Part shown: positions 24,181 through 36,515 of the stretch, one piece after another | Position numbering within the stretch: position 1 is the first letter of the stretch | Layout of the letters: each line of letters begins with the position of its first letter | Assembly (NCBI RefSeq): GCF_001194135.2 | Contig: NC_068990.1 | Location: 73,511,042 to 73,556,071, forward strand | From: Octopus bimaculoides | Taxonomy: Eukaryota | DNA length: 45,030 nt | Direction: 5' to 3' | Notes under the pieces: model-generated | Seen by the model: only the letters and a program-made list of their open reading frames with translations | Told to the model about the DNA's origin: nothing | Databases searched by the model: none | Made by a program: the position numbers and the translations under genes

Positions 24181-24701
24181 AGTATTGGAGCTGTGATTTC
24201 TCAATGCTAAGAAGTAGCAGTTTGACTTGGAGAGACACACTGATCTCCAAGCTACCACACCCTGTCGAGTAATGTTATTCCAGAGATCCTTTAGAAGAAT
24301 TCCTTTTCATCAGCATTTATTCACAGTCATACTCTGTTGGTCATCACCAAACATTCATGATTATAGGTGAGAACAGACATGAAAACCAAATTGATTTTGG
24401 TAGAGACTTAATACAAAATAAAAACTGAAGTAACTGAATATATACTGCAAGGTATTTTGTCAGACACTCAAATAAATCTGTGAATCCCGTTCGCAGTGTA
24501 GGTATGAATATAAGACTTTTAGGCCTGAAGATGGGGGTTAATCATCCTGGAAAACCATAAAAATAAAAGAAAGCAAAGTTATGCAAACATTTCTTGCTAA
24601 GGAAAGTTGCTGAGAGCAGTTTTATAATAAGTTTTTAAATGTTTCAATAAACTGATTAGCTATACATGTGTGTGTGTGTGTGTGTGATTTTGTATGTATG
24701 T

Positions 24702-24754
<53 letters not shown>

Positions 24755-24953
24755 TGTACAAGTATATAGGTGAGAGTATGCATGTGTGTGTGAGGATATA
24801 TATCAACAGGGTTTCATCATTAGAGAACAAAGCAAGTTTAGTTTAATGTTTATTAGCAAATTTCACAGTTAGATTTGAGACATAAATTTCTAAATGTTGT
24901 AAATAGAAGCAAAACTTTGGTTAATTTGTTATAAATGGCACCAATCAGTTTAC

Positions 24954-24997
24954 TTCTTTGGAGGTAATACTAAGTTTGTCTGACTTTCATATGTAAT
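24954..24997 (-). CDS. Weak candidate exon (44 nt, phase 0/2): ITYESQTNLVLPPK
   Basis: attattttgtag|ATT...GAA|gtaaac; single open frame. Confidence 0.25.
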
Positions 24998-25743
24998 CTA
25001 CAAAATAATTAATAATTTTATTGAAAAATAAAATTTTAAATAGATCTAGTCTTTGTGTGTACTGTAACTCTGGTCAAACTCTGTTTGAGGTAATCTACAG
25101 AAATATTGGTTTGGTCAGCTCTACTTGAACCAAATCTATAGACATATAGAAATATTGCTATACATTAGATCAAACAGTGCTAAGCAGTGTTGCAAAGCAA
25201 CAAAAGTAAATAATGACAACGATACTTAAATTTTACATAATCATGACCAGTCTGTGTTTATTGTGGGGCATGGCATCCTAAGGTTAAGGATATATTAGAA
25301 TAAAAACTTATTTTATACTTACTAGATTGTCTTATAAAATTTGGAGGCTGAAGAAATCAAGAGCCTATTTTTTTAATTCTTTATTCTCTTCGATTTCAGT
25401 CATTCGGTTTAGTCAACCATTGTAAAATTCAAGGACGCCTTCACTTTTGAGGAATTCCATAGAACTTTAATGAAGTGGCAGGAATGCCACGAGTGCAATG
25501 ATATCAAAGAAGCCTAATTCAAAGGTGGTTAAAGTTTTGTTGTTCATTGAAATTTATAAATGTTTCTTCTGAAAAAGTCTGAAAGCTTCGGGGAATCACC
25601 TTGTGCTTGCCAGTGGGATGCTACCAAGTGGGACTGAATCTAAAAGGTATGTGGTTGAAAAGCAAACTTTTTAACCACATGGTCATACCATTTTACACAC
25701 ACACACACACACACAATTCTCTTTCCTTCTCTATATTTTTTCC

Positions 25744-25961
25744 TTAACCCTTTTGCATTCAGATTATTCTGTTAGATACAATACTTATTTATTGACATTG
25801 TTTTGAATTAATCATGCATTATCTCATAGCTTTTGATGATGTGACTGTTTAGTTTTAGAATAACATTATAGACAGGAGTGAGAGGATGGATATGGCCAAT
25901 TTGAGCGTAAAACAGGTAAAATATTTGGGCTTGATTTGATCGGTTTAAATGCTAAAGGATT
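25744..25961. mobile_element. piggyBac-like MITE, degenerate
   Basis: TTAA|CCCTTTTGCATTC on the left, AAATGCTAAAGGAT(T) on the right; right TTAA not intact. Confidence 0.5.
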
Positions 25962-26196
25962 CCAAGTAAAAGATCTTTATCTCTACATATTCTTCATTGA
26001 TACACATTTCAGATAAAGACGTTCTCAACATGCACCTAAAGATAAAGGAGCTCCTAAAATGCAACTTTTGAAAATTTTCACACATGCGCAGGAAGGGTCG
26101 CATCTCCCCTCATCCAAAGGTTTTGCCCGCATGGTTTTAGTTTGGGTGGGATAAAAATAAAGTCTGATACTTTATGGATGCACTTCGTACTTACAC

Positions 26197-26217
<21 letters not shown>

Positions 26218-26227
<10 letters not shown>

Positions 26228-27456
26228 TAAAGTTTCAGCTTAGAGCTGCGGCCATGCTGATGCACCGCCGTGTTGCTACACTGTTATTACAGGGAGCCTC
26301 TTACAATTTGTGGCACTTGGTGAAGAATGGAGTTTGATTTAGCAACCCTCATTTGCACCTCCTGCCGCGAGGTAGGTTCATCTGGGACTCTCGACAGGAA
26401 GAGGTCCAGCTTTGATTTTAAAACCCCTACATCTACTTTGTGCAGGTTCCTCAGGCTCTTTGGGAGAATATTAAAAAGCTGTGGGCCCCTGAAACCCAAA
26501 CTGTTGCAGTAACTGGTCCTGAAGCGTGATGGCATTGCTGGGATCTTTGGCACTATGCAGTGTCGNNNNNNNNNNNNNNNNNNNNNNNNNNNNNNNNNNN
26601 NNNNNNNNNNNNNNNNNNNNNNNNNNNNNNNNNNNNNNNNNNNNNNNNNNNNNNNNNNNNNNNNNNNNNNNNNNNNNNNNNNNNNNNNNNNNNNNNNNNN
26701 NNNNNNNNNNNNNNNNNNNNNNNNNNNNNNNNNNNNNNNNNNNNNNNNNNNNNNNNNNNNNNNNNNNNNNNNNNNNNNNNNNNNNNNNNNNNNNNNNNNN
26801 NNNNNNNNNNNNNNNNNNNNNNNNNNNNNNNNNNNNNNNNNNNNNNNNNNNNNNNNNNNNNNNNNNNNNNNNNNNNNNNNNNNNNNNNNNNNNNNNNNNN
26901 NNNNNNNNNNNNNNNNNNNNNNNNNNNNNNNNNNNNNNNNNNNNNNNNNNNNNNNNNNNNNNNNNNNNNNNNNNNNNNNNNNNNNNNNNNNNNNNNNNNN
27001 NNNNNNNNNNNNNNNNNNNNNNNNNNNNNNNNNNNNNNNNNNNNNNNNNNNNNNNNNNNNNNNNNNNNNNNNNNNNNNNNNNNNNNNNNNNNNNNNNNNN
27101 NNNNNNNNNNNNNNNNNNNNNNNNNNNNNNNNNNNNNNNNNNNNNNGGTAGCGCAGGGCTTGGAATTTTTCAGCATTAAACTGCATATTATTATCCTCAG
27201 CCCATCTGTAAACTGAGTCCAACTCCTGCTGCAGGTGTGCAACATCACTGGAGTTCTGTATTTTCTGCGAGACTTTTGTATCGTCTGCGTAGCTTGCAAG
27301 TGTGGCTATCTGGGCACTTGAAGGCATATCTGAGAGAGCGACTATAAAAAGCAATGGTCCCAAGACAGTGCCCTGTGGAACACCGCTCATTATTTGTGTT
27401 TTCATAGAGGTGGCTCCATTAGCCACTACTGCCTGACTTCCATCTTTCAGAAAGTC
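26218..27456 (-). mobile_element. CR1/L2-group LINE, 5'-truncated, young, inserted in (TA)n, with a central assembly gap
   Basis: RT motifs, short 3' UTR, A-rich 3' end at 26218-26228; (TA)n on both flanks. Confidence 0.93.
26287..27456 (-). CDS. LINE ORF2 reverse transcriptase, C-terminal part (partial, spans gap)
   Basis: SGVPQGTVLGPLLF, YADDTK, MQFNAEKFQALRY before the gap; GPQLFNILPKSLRN...KSKLDLFL after it; no stops in either sequenced part. Confidence 0.9.
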   Translation of the reverse strand, partial: DFLKDGSQAVVANGATSMKTQIMSGVPQGTVLGPLLFIVALSDMPSSAQIATLASYADDTKVSQKIQNSSDVAHLQQELDSVYRWAEDNNMQFNAEKFQALRYXXXXXXXXXXXXXXXXXXXXXXXXXXXXXXXXXXXXXXXXXXXXXXXXXXXXXXXXXXXXXXXXXXXXXXXXXXXXXXXXXXXXXXXXXXXXXXXXXXXXXXXXXXXXXXXXXXXXXXXXXXXXXXXXXXXXXXXXXXXXXXXXXXXXXXXXXXXXXXXXXXXXXXXXXXXXXXXXXXXXXXXXXXXXXXXXXXRHCIVPKIPAMPSRFRTSYCNSLGFRGPQLFNILPKSLRNLHKVDVGVLKSKLDLFLSRVPDEPTSRQEVQMRVAKSNSILHQVPQIVRGSL

Positions 27457-27649
27457 ATATATATATATATATAATGATTGTTTCTTATTAGGAACAAGGG
27501 GGTTAATAGGACTGCAAGAGAAGTGCTCAAGTAAATGAGACGAGTATAATAAACTTTGGTTGTAGAACAAACAACAAATTTAAGGTCATCCAACTAATAT
27601 ATCACATCTCGAACATTTAATCACATATAAAGAAACGTAATGCTTTTTC

Positions 27650-27698
<49 letters not shown>

Positions 27699-28000
27699 AT
27701 GCATATTTATTTATAAAACCTTGAGGTATTCCATATGATATATGAATTCATGGTTTCATAGTTTGGTATGTGAAGGTCCAAGATAAGACCGTTCTTAAAT
27801 AATGAAGCAATCAACCCCATGACTTTAGAATGCCGTAGACTAAACTATAAGATTTTAAACATTTGATAGTTAGTGAATATCAAACTTGGTTTACACATTG
27901 AAGTGCAAGATTTAGCTGTGTTTAGACAGAATTATATGATTTGAGGAAGCTATTACTTGATATATATGAAGACTTGAATATATCACATATTAATGTATAT

Positions 28001-28206
28001 GGCCATGCTGGTGTTACATAAAAAGCACCCAGTACACTCTGTAAAGTGGTTGGCATTAGGAAAGGCATCCAGTTGTAGAAACCTTACCAAAACAGACAAT
28101 TGGAGCCTGGTGCAGCTCTCCATCTTGCCAGTTCTTGTCAAACCATCCAACCCATGCCAGCATGGGAAATAGAAGCTTGATGATGGTGATAATGTTGATG
28201 ATGACT
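28001..28206 (+). mobile_element. Family D copy, diverged
   Basis: AAAAGCACCC...GTGGTTGGCATTAGGAA.GGCATCCAG...CCAACCCATGCCAGCATGG, (GAT)-like tail. Confidence 0.75.
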
Positions 28207-28849
28207 TACTGAATGGTACATCGGGAAAATGCTTGAAAAACACAACATTAGAATAATTTGAAACTATAACACACATTTCTCATGCTAAGATAACTTTCGC
28301 ATCATTTATGGTATTAATAATAACATTCATGAAACCAAAGTTTTTTTTTTTTTTTTGCTAAGTATGTCTATAGTTATGCTAGACAGTTCCCTACACAATA
28401 TTATTGCATGTATTTTTCCATTTGTAAATATAATGCAGGATGTAACAATCTTCTATCAATTCTTAACCAATACATTTAATGTTTGCAGGCCTCTCTCTTC
28501 AGTTGCAGTGCCACAGACAAGAATAAAAAGAATTATATAGTTTTCAGATTCAGAAAAACTAAGATATTAAGTTTGTGGTGAAAGAATCAGTAAAGGAGTT
28601 TGGTAACAACATTTATTGGAATTTACAGAATGTTATGTCAACAAGAGAGTAAAAACATTCAATTGGTTCCTCAAAAACAGACAAAAAAAATTTTCATTCA
28701 TGCAAAATAAATAAATGAAATAAATAAATAAATAAATCTATGCCAAATAGAAACGTAAAAGAAGAAAGAAAACCTCAGAGATGGACAAACAAAATCCATT
28801 TCTCTTTCAGTTGATAGCTGTTTGTGTTAAGTGATTATGAATGCCCAAG

Positions 28850-29270
28850 TATTCTTTAGAATTTTCTTTCCTATCTGCTTTCAAGAAGAATGTTATTTTG
28901 ATTCTAACAAACAGCATTAAGGTTGTAGAGAAGAAGTCTTTGAGCGAGTATGTTTGGAAGTGAATCTACTTTTACAAAGCTATGGCTCTTCATAGTTTTG
29001 TTTGTCAAACATCTCAGTACGACAGAAAGATATTGAAATGTCAGATCTGCAGCAAAAGGAAATTCAGATATCAGGAAGTATTTTGAGGTGAGGAAGACCA
29101 ACCGTAGTTTTTATGTTGGTAGATATCAACAAAAAGTTGTAATGTATATATAGGCCGTGAAAATGCCAATGCTTGTAAATTCAGGAGCAAGAAGCCAGGA
29201 GGGTGCTCAGCAGTAATCGGAAAAGATGTAGTATCTTGTTTGCAGATGAGATTTTTAAGAGCGAACCATG
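28850..29270 (-). pseudogene. Possible ancient RTE-LINE ORF2 relic
   Basis: Minus translation KISSANKILHLFRLLLSTLLASCS resembles the RTE post-RT motif (IS..TK..VYRAVVL.TLLYG.E). Highly decayed, judged by eye only. Confidence 0.35.
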
Positions 29271-29745
29271 ATCAATCTAAATGAATAGAGTATTATATTC
29301 TGACCAGTTTTTCAATTACAGTTTGTCAGTAAGCATTTGGCAACTTTCAATAAACACGTATTGCACAGTTTAAATTTATAATCTACTGAAGAAAAGCTTA
29401 CATTTATCTTCTTTTTTTTTATGTTTGGTTCTTCTCAACATCTATATATGTTTCCTGCAAATAATTCTGTAAATAATGTAAACATAAGTCTATTCACTTT
29501 ATGTTTTGCATTGATTTTAGAATAAGTGTTATCTTCTGCTGTAGTTGCTGTAGCGCAACACAAAAGGTAAACCTAAGAAACTTAAATGAATGGATGAAAA
29601 TTAAATATTAATATAGAGAAAATAAGAGTTAATATGTGTGTGTATGTGTGTGTTCATATGTATGAGTTTGTGTACATGTGACTGTGTGTACATATGTGTA
29701 CATATATACATACATATAAATGCATATATAAATGAATATATATAC

Positions 29746-29851
<106 letters not shown>

Positions 29852-31299
29852 ATGTCAAGAAAGACTAGAAGGGGAAGACGAAGAAAACAGCAGGTAGAGA
29901 AAGAGGAAAAAATGAGTGTGTGTGTTAAGTGACAAACAAAAGTGTTGGGTAAACAGATGAACAGAAAGATAATTCAACAGGTTGATACATATATTGAGAA
30001 AGAGAGAGATAACAGTGAAGTTAAATAGTTGTGCGCAGCTGGATGTGATGTGAAGGTAGTGTTTTCATTGATTTCTATCTAGAACTAAAGTGTAGTCATG
30101 GCTTTTGCTGTCAGTTCCTTTTATTTATCAGAATATAATTACTGGTACTTTTATTCTGATTCCAGAAGCTCAAATAAATACAATAAATAAATACAATAAA
30201 TAAATAAATAGAAAATAAAAAAACAGAAAGTACAATATGTTTTCTAGACTTGGTCTTTTGGAAAACAAAATGGAGGATAAAATAGTGAACTAAGAGTATG
30301 CATTTTGATAATTTAAAATGAGACATCATGATGCTAAAAATAAAGAAAGAGGTGGATGACAATTCTGAAATCCAAATTGATTAAAAATTGAAAAGAAGAT
30401 GCATGGAGCATTGATTCTGACATTTGATAAGAACAGTGGTAACTTCAAGCATGTTTCTGTATTGTTAGTCCTCTTTCACAAACTATAATCTTGATAAAAT
30501 ATTATCACCATAACTTAACAGTTCTATAAAAGAGACCAATCAAATAAGTACTCAGCTTAAAACAAGAAAAAAAAGTAATGGGATCAATTTCTTCAGCTAA
30601 AACTCTTTAAGGTGTTGCCCCAGCATGGCCACAATCCAATGACTGAAACAATTTAAAAAAATGAAAGAAAGAAATCATTTACTAATATTTTTACTTGACC
30701 TGCTTAAAATAGCCACCAAATTTCCCAAAACCATATATCGAAATCTTTTCTCTAATATAACAAAAGGACACAGTCATCACTGTATGCTTTTATTAAAGGC
30801 CTACTTGGTCAAGACTGACCTGCAGGTTAAAAACAAGCAAAAAAATAAACAAGCAAAAAATAAAGAAAGAAAGAGACAACCATTCACATAAAGGAAACAA
30901 AAGGTACAATGCTTAGAAAAAAAGATTTTTCCACTTAGATTGAGAAGAAACCTGTCCAGTTCTGTAAATTGTTTTCTTTATTGGAAATTGCTCTAGATAT
31001 GAGATTTGGTTCTAAGTTCGATAAATTTAGAATGATAGATATTGCTTTCTTTTAGCTCTATTACCACTTTCCTCAGAGTTCTTTAGATTAATTGTACAAA
31101 AGCAAACTCCCCCACACTATAGTGTGTTATTTTCAAATCTAGTGTGAAGTCTCTAGGTGTTTTCTTTTCTACATCAGTGCTGCTCAAAGTAGTGGTCCAT
31201 GGACTGGTGCCGGTCTGTGAGCCATCAGCTGCCAGTATGCAGCGAGTTTCCAGAAAAGAAAGAAACATCATAAAATGCTTATGTAATATAGCATTATTT

Positions 31300-31706
31300 A
31301 CTCTTTTACTCTTTTACTTGTTTCAGTCATTTGACTGCGGTCATGCTGGAGCACCACCTTTAGTCGAGCAAATCGACCCTAAGATTTATTCTTTGTAAGC
31401 CTAGTACTTATTCTATTGGGCTCTTTTGTCAAACCACTAAGTTACGGGGATGTAAACACACCAGCATCGGTTGTCAAGCGATGTTGGGGGGACAAACACA
31501 AACACACAAACATATACACACACATACATATATACATATATACGATGGGCTTCTTTCAGTTTCCATCTATCAAATCCACTTACAAGGCTTTGGTCAGCTC
31601 GAGGCTATAGTAGAAGACATTTGCCCAAGGTGTCAGGCAGTGGGACTGAACCCGGAACCATGTGGTTGGTAAGCGAGCTACTTACCACACAGCCACTCCT
31701 GTGCCT
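31300..31706 (-). mobile_element. SINE family A, full length, nested in the hAT element
   Basis: High similarity to 1151-1552 and 39852-40258. Confidence 0.9.
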
Positions 31707-31769
31707 ATTTGTTTACAAAATAAGTATAAGATAAAAAAGAAATGTCAACTTTTATTATATTCATTAAAT

Positions 31770-31946
31770 ATATTCTGTTGTGTCTGGGGAGAGTCATTTT
31801 CTTTTCGTGCCTTAAAATTTAACACACTCACCGTTAAAATTTCCACTTATTTCTTCTTTTTTTTTTTTAACGGAAATTTTAACGATGTGTGTGTTAAATT
31901 ATAAGGCACAATAAGAAAATGACTCTCCCCAGACACAACAGAATAT
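31770..31946. repeat. Near-perfect 75-bp inverted repeat (hairpin MITE)
   Basis: 31770-31844 versus reverse complement of 31872-31946: 5 mismatches, 27-nt T-rich loop. Confidence 0.92.
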
Positions 31947-32521
31947 GCTTCAACACACGAGATCACATAAAAAATCTTGCAAACCAGATCCCAAAACGAA
32001 ACATTAAATATATTGTTTCTGGTATAAATTAATGTTACTAAGAAATATTACCAGTACTTGGCCCATTGGGAAAAAAAAACTGCTGGTATGCTACAGTAGA
32101 TAGTTTGAAAAGCACTGCTCTACATGTTACCCTACCTCAGAGAATTTATAAGGATTAGTCATCATTTATATTAGTCCTTTTAACCTATTTCTCCCTGAAA
32201 ATAAATAAATAGATAAACAAATAAAATGTTATTTACCAACTCCTTTTCAATTACTGTTCTACTCTTAGGAAACTTTTCTGTCTTGTTCTCACTGTCAAAT
32301 TTTTTCTGCTTCAAAATTTTCTTCTGGTCTTGTTCTGAACGTTTTCAAAAATGTAAATATGTCACTCTCTTGGCACCATTACTTTCTTTCTGGAATTTGC
32401 TGCATTCTCTGGTGTTTGCTCTTTCTTACTTGTAAAATATATTTGCCATTAAGTACTCGACTCTAAGTACTTATATTAAGCTTTCAATATTCTTCTTCTG
32501 TGAGAGAAAGAATTTCATGGT

Positions 32522-32735
32522 TTCCAATTTTGGTAGAAGGCCAGGGTTGCAGGGAAGGAAAGAAGTCAATTACATTGACCCCCAATACTCAACTGGTACT
32601 TATTTCGTTGACCCTGAAAGGACAAAAAGCAAAGTCAGCATTGGCAGAATTTGAACTCAGAACATAAAAATGGACAAATGCCGCAAAGCATTTTGCCCCG
32701 GTGTGCTAATGATTCTACGAGCTCACCACCATAGG
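32522..32735 (-). mobile_element. SINE family C with 16-bp TSD
   Basis: Flanked by GAAAGAATTTCATGGT (32506-21) and GAAAGAAATTCATGGT (32736-51). Confidence 0.85.
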
Positions 32736-33730
32736 GAAAGAAATTCATGGTGAAATATGTTTTATCATATTGGAGTCTTAGTTAATCAATCAGATTGACC
32801 TCAGTGTATATGTTTAAGTTTGGTGCTTGTTCTATCAATCTCTTTATATGCTGAACTGCTAAGTTACAAGAATGTAAAATTAAAAAAAAAAATCTATATT
32901 GGTTGTCATGTGGTGTTTACATGAACAAGAAAGCAGGAGAAATAAACACAAACACAAAGACCACACACACTCACACATACACACACATGCATTCACACAC
33001 ACCCACGTACACACACAAATACATTTATAGAAAGAAAGTTGAAAGGTTAAATGGAATATCCACTTTATAGTAATGGCCTCTATGAATTCTCTTTACATAA
33101 GCTACTTTTAGGAAAGAACAAACAGCTGATTGCTAGAGATGGGACATCATCATTTCAACTTGAATTCTTTCAAGGGTTGATAAAAATATAAACAAGTAAC
33201 ATTTAGAATAAGGCATTATATCTACAATTAATAGATATGACACATCTTTTAACATTATTATACAAAATATTTGAAGTCTGAGTAGTTGAAATACATCAAC
33301 TATTTATTTATATTAAAAGATATTAAAATGAAAAATGAAAAAAAAAAAAAAAATTAAAATTAAGGCTTTGAACCAAGATCAAAGCTGTTTTGGATTCAGC
33401 CATGTTATTAACCACTAAATTTAAATGATATTGGTGAATTAAATAGATTAAGAATTAGATTTGATCAAGCTGAAATACTTTCCACACTAAATAACAGATA
33501 TTTATTTTCAGCTAGAAATATCAAATTATATGCCCACCAGAATTGTAATATGTTAAGCTATCTTCTACATTTTGTATCATCATTTAAGCTCCACCCTTAT
33601 CTACTTAATCTTCCTTTTATAAACTTCTGATCTATTTATTCAGTTTGATATTTTATTTTGAATTATATATTGAAGTTAATTTTTTCGAAATATATTGGTT
33701 TCATAGCTTTCTGTTTCTTTCCCCTCTTAC

Positions 33731-33792
33731 TTGAACTCCCAAAACCCCAAAACATCATTAATTTTTAAGGAAGCTTTATTTTCTAAAGGTAT
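33731..33792 (-). CDS. Candidate exon (62 nt, phase 0/2): IPLENKASLKINDVLGFWEF
   Basis: ccaattttcag|ATA...CAA|gtaaga; only one of three frames is open. Confidence 0.4.
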
Positions 33793-33862
33793 CTGAAAAT
33801 TGGTCATGATACAGAGCACACACACACACACAAACGTATGTGTATGTGTGTGTGTGCGTGTG

Positions 33863-33901
<39 letters not shown>

Positions 33902-34690
33902 NNNNNNNNNNNNNNNNNNNNNNNNNNNNNNNNNNNNNNNNNNNNNNNNNNNNNNNNNNNNNNNNNNNNNNNNNNNNNNNNNNNNNNNNNNNNNNNNNNN
34001 NNNNNNNNNNNNNNNNNNNNNNNNNNNNNNNNNNNNNNNNNNNNNNNNNNNNNNNNNNNNNNNNNNNNNNNNNNNNNNNNNNNNNNNNNNNNNNNNNNNN
34101 NNNNNNNNNNNNNNNNNNNNNNNNNNNNNNNNNNNNNNNNNNNNNNNNNNNNNNNNNNNNNNNNNNNNNNNNNNNNNNNNNNNNNNNNNNNNNNNNNNNN
34201 NNNNNNNNNNNNNNNNNNNNNNNNNNNNNNNNNNNNNNNNNNNNNNNNNNNNNNNNNNNNNNNNNNNNNNNNNNNNNNNNNNNNNNNNNNNNNNNNNNNN
34301 NNNNNNNNNNNNNNNNNNNNNNNNNNNNNNNNNNNNNNNNNNNNNNNNNNNNNNNNNNNNNNNNNNNNNNNNNNNNNNNNNNNNNNNNNNNNNNNNNNNN
34401 NNNNNNNNNNNNNNNNNNNNNNNNNNNNNNNNNNNNNNNNNNNNNNNNNNNNNNNNNNNNNNNNNNNNNNNNNNNNNNNNNNNNNNNNNNNNNNNNNNNN
34501 NNNNNNNNNNNNNNNNNNNNNNNTATATATATATATATATATATATATATGCATACATATATAAAGGCTGAGTGGTTTGCTTCCTAATCACATGGGTGAG
34601 ATGGAATCCAGTGAGGCATTACAGCCAGATGCTCTTCCTGTCAAAACTCTCAGCTGTTTACAGGGTAAGTAAAATGACCCCATGGCCAGA

Positions 34691-34826
34691 CCAAATCCAC
34701 TCACAAGGTTTTGGTCAGCCTGGGGTAATAATAGAAGACACTTGCCCTAGGTGCCATGCAGTGGGACTGAACCTGGAATCATGTGGTTGGGAAGCAAGCT
34801 TCTTACCACACAGTCACACTGCTCCT
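34691..34826 (-). mobile_element. SINE family A, head fragment
   Basis: CCAAATCCACTCACAAGG...GAAGACACTTGCCC...CTTACCACACAG. Confidence 0.8.
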
Positions 34827-36136
34827 ATGTGTAAACAATGGCTGTGTAAACAATGACTTGTGTTTTCATCCTTCCTTTAACCTTACCAATCTCATAAGAG
34901 TCTACATTGTTCTAGAAATACTAAAAAACTGCATAGTCACAGGAGCTTGGTCTACACAGCAGGAACTGACTTTGAATGAAATGAGCAACAACAACAACAA
35001 CTACAACATGGTATGGAAGTGATTGCCTTCATATTCCTGTGTGTATATCAGATAACCTTTCTTGATCTGATTATTCATACACTCTTGTGACAAAAAAAAA
35101 AGGAAGAAGTAAAACAAAGAAAAAGACCGACAATGTCTCATGTTTCTCAGAATGTTAAAGAAATTCAGAAAGAGCAATGATGCGTTGAAGGACTTTTACC
35201 ATTGCATGGTTGATCTGAGACTGTTACAAATTCAATCAGTGTCTTGATTTGGTGGTATTAGCACCCTAGAGCATTAAGTTCATGAAAACGTTGTGATCAT
35301 CACCTGAAAATTTGTTTTGCATTGGCACTCTACAAAAGCTTCAAGGTATCTATCACACATGACTATTCTGTCGTATTCTACACATCACTGATGACAAAGG
35401 TCATTCTACTGCAAAACTTTTCAGTTTACCCTCATTCAGAATTGAAAATTTCTCTCTTTAAGACATACATACATATCTACATATACAAACATATACATAT
35501 ACATACATATACATATATATACATATACATATATATATATATATATANNNNNNNNNNNNNNNNNNNNNNNNNNNNNNNNNNNNNNNNNNNNNNNNNNNNN
35601 NNNNNNNNNNNNNNNNNNNNNNNNNNNNNNNNNNNNNNNNNNNNNNNNNNNNNNNNNNNNNNNNNNNNNNNNNNNNNNNNNNNNNNNNNNNNNNNNNNNN
35701 NNNNNNNNNNNNNNNNNNNNNNNNNNNNNNNNNNNNNNNNNNNNNNNNNNNNNNNNNNNNNNNNNNNNNNNNNNNNNNNNNNNNNNNNNNNNNNNNNNNN
35801 NNNNNNNNNNNNNNNNNNNNNNNNNNNNNNNNNNNNNNNNNNNNNNNNNNNNNNNNNNNNNNNNNNNNNNNNNNNNNNNNNNNNNNNNNNNNNNNNNNNN
35901 NNNNNNNNNNNNNNNNNNNNNNNNNNNNNNNNNNNNNNNNNNNNNNNNNNNNNNNNNNNNNNNNNNNNNNNNNNNNNNNNNNNNNNNNNNNNNNNNNNNN
36001 NNNNNNNNNNNNNNNNNNNNNNNNNNNNNNNNNNNNNNNNNNNNNNNNNNNNNNNNNNNNNNNNNNNNNNNNNNNNNNNNNNNNNNNNTATATATACATA
36101 TACATATATACAAATATAAATATATATGTGTGTGTG

Positions 36137-36173
<37 letters not shown>

Positions 36174-36515
36174 TACATTTAAATGAATAAATATATATAT
36201 ATAAAATTGCTATAGAAAAATTATGAGTTAGAGGTTATGCAACCATCTAAGGTATAGATGTATCCTTAGGCACTACTGGTGCATTACCTAACTATGTATA
36301 GGCCTTGCTGTAAGGTTAACAGTAGTTGATAATTTAAGGGTAAACTGTGGTTTAATATATTCAGATTAGATAAGAGAAGAAAGAGAGCAACATGTATCAA
36401 TTAGATGTTGATCATTAGTATTGACTGATCATAATTTAATTATGGTTAAGATAACATTTACAGCTGTTTCAGTTTGTGTTTTTGAGGTAAACTTGCACTA
36501 TCTCGTTCTATATAG

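Larger units (their letters stand above)
31175..32117. mobile_element. Non-autonomous hAT (Charlie/MER-like) element with nested insertions
   Basis: 14-bp TIR CAGTGCTGCTCAAA / TTTGAAAAGCACTG; 8-bp TSD TTCTACAT (31167-74) / CTCTACAT (32118-25). Confidence 0.82.
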
